Below, in pieces: positions 60,043-64,000 of a stretch of 64,000 nucleotides of DNA. A program made the position numbers and the translations under genes. Source of the DNA: an uncultured Lachnospiraceae bacterium (lineage in GTDB: Bacteria > Bacillota > Clostridia > Lachnospirales > Lachnospiraceae); the NCBI GenBank assembly GCA_951800225.1, contig CATOJX010000004.1:6578-70577 (forward strand), read 5' to 3'. The notes below the pieces were generated by a model that saw nothing but the letters and a program-made list of their open reading frames with translations, had not been told where the DNA came from and ran no database searches. How positions within the stretch are numbered: the stretch's first letter is position 1; every line of letters begins with the position of its first letter.

Positions 60043-61041
60043 ATGCCATTTATCATGATCAGGGACGATATTGTGAATGTCCGGGCGGATGCGTTGGTGA
60101 ATCCAGCCAACGAGACGTTGTCACAGGGCAGCGGAAGCAGCCGGGCGATCTATCTGGCAGCCGGGGAAGAGAAGCTTACAAAAGCCTGTAAAAAGATCGG
60201 GCGCTGCGGCCTTGGAAAAGCAGTGATTACAGAGGGTTTTGACCTGCAAGCCAAATATATTATCCATGCGGTAGGGCCGGTATGGAGGAACGGCCTGCAC
60301 AGAGAGAAAAAGCATCTGTACAGCGCTTACAAAGAGGCGTTGCTTCTGGCAGAAACTTACCACCTGGAATCCATCGCCTTCCCTCTTCTGTCTTCCGGCA
60401 ACTATGGCTATCCGAAAGATAAAGCGCTAAAAGTTGCCGTCCGTGCGATCCGCGATTTCCTGGCAGAACATGATATGACCGTCTATCTGGTATTGTATGA
60501 TCGGAGTGCGGTGGCTGTGAGTAGGCGGTTGTTTATGTCTTTAAAAGAGTACATAGATGATCATTATGTCCGGAGTAAAGACGAAAGCTACAAAAGAGAA
60601 CCGCCGCTTACACAAAGAGTTTTTCCGGAAGCTCAAAGCGCGTGTCTTTCTATGGCGGATATGCCTGTTTCCAGAAGTCTGGACGATCTGATGGGCCATA
60701 TGGGCGAGACATTTTCCCAGATGCTTTTCCGGCTGATTGACGAGCGGAAACTTAAGGATTCTTATGTATATAAAAAGGCCAATATTGACCGCAGGCATTT
60801 TTCAAAAATACGAAATGATACACAATATGCACCCAACAAAAAGACGGTGCTGGCCTTTTGCATCGCGCTGGAACTTTCTTTGGATGAGACAAAAGACCTT
60901 CTGATGCGGGCAGGCTTCGCCCTTTCTGACTGCTCAAAGTTTGACGTGATTCTCTGTTATTTTATAGAGAACCGGAAATATGATATTTTTGAGATTAACG
61001 AAATGCTTTTTGCCTATGATCAGCCGCTGTTAGGAAGTTGA
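60043..61041 (+). CDS. Macro domain (MacroD/YmdB-like ADP-ribose binding/hydrolase) fused to a C-terminal Xre-like HTH domain
   Basis: Macro motifs VNPAN, GSGSS, YIIHAVGPVW and SIAFPLLSSGNYGYP. The C-terminal about 110 aa (FSQMLFRLIDERKLKDSYVYKKANIDRRHFSKIRND...TVLAFCIALELSLDETKDLL) is HTH-like. RBS GGGAGGTGAGG. Confidence 0.8.
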   Translation: MPFIMIRDDIVNVRADALVNPANETLSQGSGSSRAIYLAAGEEKLTKACKKIGRCGLGKAVITEGFDLQAKYIIHAVGPVWRNGLHREKKHLYSAYKEALLLAETYHLESIAFPLLSSGNYGYPKDKALKVAVRAIRDFLAEHDMTVYLVLYDRSAVAVSRRLFMSLKEYIDDHYVRSKDESYKREPPLTQRVFPEAQSACLSMADMPVSRSLDDLMGHMGETFSQMLFRLIDERKLKDSYVYKKANIDRRHFSKIRNDTQYAPNKKTVLAFCIALELSLDETKDLLMRAGFALSDCSKFDVILCYFIENRKYDIFEINEMLFAYDQPLLGS

Positions 61042-61125
61042 AAAATGTCCCCTGCCAGGAGACCAGAATCGTTGCCGGATCGCCTATACTGCTTTCATAA
61101 TAAAGATGAAAGGCAGGATACAACG

Positions 61126-61794
61126 ATGAAAAAAGGATTGACGGAACTGGTATTTATTCTGGACAGAAGCGGCTCCATGGCAGGGCTGGAAAGCGACACT
61201 ATAGGCGGATTTAACAGTATGATCAAAAAACAGCGGAAGCAAAAAGGGCAGGCCAATGTCACCACAGTGCTTTTTGACGATCAATATGATCTGATTCATG
61301 ACCGTCTTGCCATAGAATGTATAAAGCCTCTTACAGATCAGGAGTACTATGTGCGCGGCTGCACGGCTCTTCTGGACGCGGTGGGGAAGACCATCCGCAG
61401 GATGAAGAAGATTCAGAAAGCGCTTCCGGAATTTGAACGCGCTGAGAAAGTGATCTTTGTGATCACCACCGATGGACTGGAAAACGCCAGCAAAGCATAT
61501 GGATATGCCAAAGTCCGCCACATAATTGAACGGCGGAAGGCGCGTGACCAGTGGGAATTTCTGTTCCTTGGGGCCAACATGGACGCCGTATCGGAAGCAA
61601 AGAAGTTCGGGATAGCCGCTGACCGTTCAGTAACCTTTCAAAACGACAGCCAGGGAGTCGCTACGAACTACCATGTGGTCGGGCAGACTTTAAGCTTTAT
61701 GCGCGCAGCGCCTTGCATGGCGCAGATGGACGGAAGCTGGAAAAAAGAGATTGAGGAAGACTTTAAAAAGCGGAAAAAACAGGTATCAGGGTAA
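61126..61794 (+). CDS. Small cytoplasmic von Willebrand factor type A (vWA) domain protein
   Basis: A complete MIDAS motif: DRSGSM, T in GCTALLDA, and D in TTDGLEN. There is no signal peptide. An alternative upstream ATG at 61045 has an AGGAAG RBS. Confidence 0.8.
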   Translation: MKKGLTELVFILDRSGSMAGLESDTIGGFNSMIKKQRKQKGQANVTTVLFDDQYDLIHDRLAIECIKPLTDQEYYVRGCTALLDAVGKTIRRMKKIQKALPEFERAEKVIFVITTDGLENASKAYGYAKVRHIIERRKARDQWEFLFLGANMDAVSEAKKFGIAADRSVTFQNDSQGVATNYHVVGQTLSFMRAAPCMAQMDGSWKKEIEEDFKKRKKQVSG

Positions 61795-61802
61795 GCTGTG
61801 GG

Positions 61803-63077
61803 CTAATCAATTTTGCTGTGTACCTCGATCCTGCAGGTATGCTTTCGTGTTTTTTTACTGTAGTTTATGTCCACGAGTAAAAGGTTACCATGATAGTTTT
61901 CAAGGCTTTGGCAGTATTCTTTTCTTTTGATCTGCTGTAAAGCACTGTCGGCGCTTTTGTTCCATTTTAATTCGACCAGAAGCGCCGGTTTATCTAAAAA
62001 GCGTTTTCTCGGAAGAAAAACCAGATTAAAGTGTCGGCGGAGTTTTTAAGGGCTTTGGATATCTCTCCCCAGTCAGAAACGGATATGGCGTTGACATATT
62101 CCGCGCGGATTTCATTATTGGGGATGGATGCACATTTATTGTCATAATCGTATCCCAGATATCCCAGATGAATCAGGAGCGTCAGAACATCATTTTCGGT
62201 TCGGAAAGTGGCCATGTCATTTGTAAAACTTTCTGTGTTGACTGGTATGGCTTCTCCGGCAATCATGCTTAGAATATCATCTTTAAGTCCTTCAAAATTC
62301 ATATCGATATAGACCTGCAGTGCTTCAAAGGTCTCCGTCTGATTCCAGTAATTTCCGATCTTTCCAAACTGCAGGCAGCTCACAACAGAGCGGGGATTAT
62401 AGACGGATGGCTCTTCTTTAAATGAATATCCGACGTACCAGCTCTTGATCTCGTCCATGTCTGCTTTATATTTTTTGCACAATGCAGTTACTTCCCGGGC
62501 TGTAAATCCCACATAGGAGGCCAGAGGCCCCGGATTGATCATGGAAAATTCGTCGAACATATTTAGAGCAGAGTGGGTTCCGTACTTTTTGACCGGTAAT
62601 ATGCCGGTCATATATGCCAGATGAATATATCCTTTGTCTTTCAGCAAATCCCGCAGAAAATCCAGATAAAATTCCTGGGCATCTTTGTCCTGTTTGTATT
62701 CCCGGATGATGCAGTCCCATTCATCTATAATAATCACAAAAGGACGTTTTGTATTCTCATAGATATCCTGCATGGATTCGGCCAGATCGGTGTCATCAAA
62801 GTAATACGCATCAGGATATTGCCTTTTCAGGTCACGAAGGACAAGATTTTTGATACGGAGGATTAATTCCGTGATATTGCTGCTCCTGGTCAGAAATTCC
62901 TGTATATTCAGAAAGATTGTGTCATACTGATTCAGGTATTTTTCGAAATCTTTATCAAGGGCAATCCGGTGTGGAGAACAGAGTTGGTATAGCGGATCAG
63001 CCCTGTTTTATCCACATAGACGGCGGAATTGATTGCTTCCTGAAATTTGCTGTTGTCCGGATTTAGATAGATGCCCA
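61803..63077 (-). pseudogene. Second decayed AAA-ATPase-like / PDDEXK_9-family gene (different subfamily, opposite orientation)
   Basis: The N-terminus MGIYLNPDNSKFQEAINSAVYVDKTGLIRYTNSVL is followed by loss of the P-loop segment and a frame change. Next comes a 259+ aa middle ORF (IIIDEWD...). A frameshift near 62000 precedes the C-terminal nuclease part ...PALLVELKWNKSADSALQQIK...LLLVDINY.... Confidence 0.7.
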
Positions 63078-63163
63078 TTGCCTTCTCCTTTTAACTTTAT
63101 ACCTTGATACTAGCATAAGCCACAGGATCTTTCAAGCAGGGAATCCAGGCTAGCAGGCAATGT

Positions 63164-63192
63164 TTGTAAAAGCCGTAAAGTGGTGCTATAAT
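63164..63192 (+). promoter_or_regulatory. Near-consensus sigma-A promoter for the thioesterase gene
   Basis: TTGTAA (63164-63169), a 17-nt spacer ending in TGc, then TATAAT (63187-63192). Confidence 0.55.
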
Positions 63193-63262
63193 AATACAAC
63201 ATCAAAAAAGGGGTTCGCCATGGCATCAGCATGAGTGACTCCTGAAGACGGAGGAATTACAC

Positions 63263-63679
63263 ATGATCTATATACATCAGACGCAATACTATGAGACTGA
63301 CCAGATGGGAATTATTCATCATTCCAACTATATCCGCTGGATGGAAGAAGCGAGGGTGGCTTATATGGAAGAGCTGGGATTCCCCTATGAGACGGTGGAG
63401 GAAGCGGGATTTATAAGCCCGGTGCTGAGCGTCCAGTGCGAGTACAAAGCCATGACGCATTTTGGAGACCGCGTCTGTATCGAAGTGCGGCTGACTTCAT
63501 TTAAAGGAGTAAAATATGAAGTCTCTTATGTGATGACCAACGAAAAAACCCGGAAGGTGTGCGCGGTCGGCTCTACGAAGCACTGTTATCTTAGAAAAGA
63601 TGGCCATCCGGCCAATATTAAAAAAGAATATCCGGCGCTGTATGAACGGAGTATGCGCGCTTTGGAGGAAGACCGTTGA
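63263..63679 (+). CDS. Acyl-CoA thioesterase, 4HBT/YbgC hot-dog family
   Basis: YYETDQMGIIHHSNYIRWMEEAR is the typical 4HBT catalytic Asp/His region. Length is 138 aa. Confidence 0.85.
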   Translation: MIYIHQTQYYETDQMGIIHHSNYIRWMEEARVAYMEELGFPYETVEEAGFISPVLSVQCEYKAMTHFGDRVCIEVRLTSFKGVKYEVSYVMTNEKTRKVCAVGSTKHCYLRKDGHPANIKKEYPALYERSMRALEEDR

Positions 63680-64000
63680 AGCAGGAGCGTTACCATCTGT
63701 TGGATGGGTTAAGAGGGGTTACATTGATCAGCATGATTTTATACCATGGTATGTTTGACCTGGTGGAATTGTATGGCGTGCAGGTACACTGGTTCTGGGA
63801 TACGCCGGGGTATGTGTGGCAGCAGAGCATCTGCTGGACCTTTATCCTTTTGTCAGGTTTTTGCTGGCAATTGGGAAGTACACAGATGAAAAGAGGACTT
63901 ACGATTTTCGGATGCGGGGCGGTCATTACAGCGGTGACCTGTCTGTTTATGCCTTCGGAGCGGATTTTGTTTGGCATTTTGACATTTACCGGCAGTGCCA
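63676..64000 (+). CDS. DUF1624 (heparan-alpha-glucosaminide N-acetyltransferase-like) membrane protein, 5' partial (runs off the window)
   Basis: An open frame from TTG 63676 encodes KQERYHLLDGLRGVTLISMILYHGMFDLV.... The R...LD.LRG...I.M...H motif is typical of DUF1624. It overlaps the upstream stop (TTGA). Confidence 0.65.
   Translation, partial: MKQERYHLLDGLRGVTLISMILYHGMFDLVELYGVQVHWFWDTPGYVWQQSICWTFILLSGFCWQLGSTQMKRGLTIFGCGAVITAVTCLFMPSERILFGILTFTGSA

Noticed and set aside
48189-63262. Flanking direct repeats (att-like) at the island borders.
   Set aside because: Visual comparison of about 48.19-48.28 kb with about 63.08-63.26 kb found no shared 10-mer or longer. A computational search is needed before claiming either presence or absence.
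63690-63977. A 95-aa minus-strand ORF at the window end.
   Set aside because: The plus strand here is an open frame from 63676 to the window edge with a DUF1624-like sequence (LLDGLRGVTLISMILYHGMF...). The minus-strand ORF is its shadow.

Overview
This 64-kb window looks like a chromosomal segment from a Bacillota/Clostridia genome. A Lachnospiraceae-like origin is only an inference from gene content: HydF, type III glutamine synthetase, HprK, long-form HPF, and secA followed by a frameshifted prfB. Positions 1-48.2 kb hold densely packed, mostly co-directional housekeeping genes: htrA, clpX, ftsEX with an M23 peptidase and ctpA, gdhA, glnN, hydF, putP, pyrG, ftsH, uvrC, hprK, glcK, typA, dapAB, hpf, secA, prfB, hom, thrH and tex. 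One unusual operon sits in this part (18.2-25.3 kb). It encodes a TPR protein whose J-like domain lacks the HPD motif, an HscC-type Hsp70, a SAM methyltransferase and a response-regulator diguanylate cyclase. Positions 48.2-63.2 kb are a visibly more AT-rich, mosaic accessory/defence island with no recognisable integrase. It contains the following, in order. (1) A small ORF overlapping a GNAT-fold protein, a toxin-antitoxin-like pair. (2) Decayed transposase fragments. (3) A RelB/DinJ antitoxin next to an internally deleted YoeB toxin. (4) A complete Type I R-M system (hsdMSR). (5) A C5-cytosine methyltransferase whose partner endonuclease carries one in-frame TAA inside a putative D...ExK motif. 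(6) A macro-domain/HTH fusion plus a vWA protein, bracketed by two decayed AAA-ATPase-like/PDDEXK_9 genes. I saw no rRNA, tRNA or CRISPR array. All family assignments come from motif recognition by eye. No database search was run.
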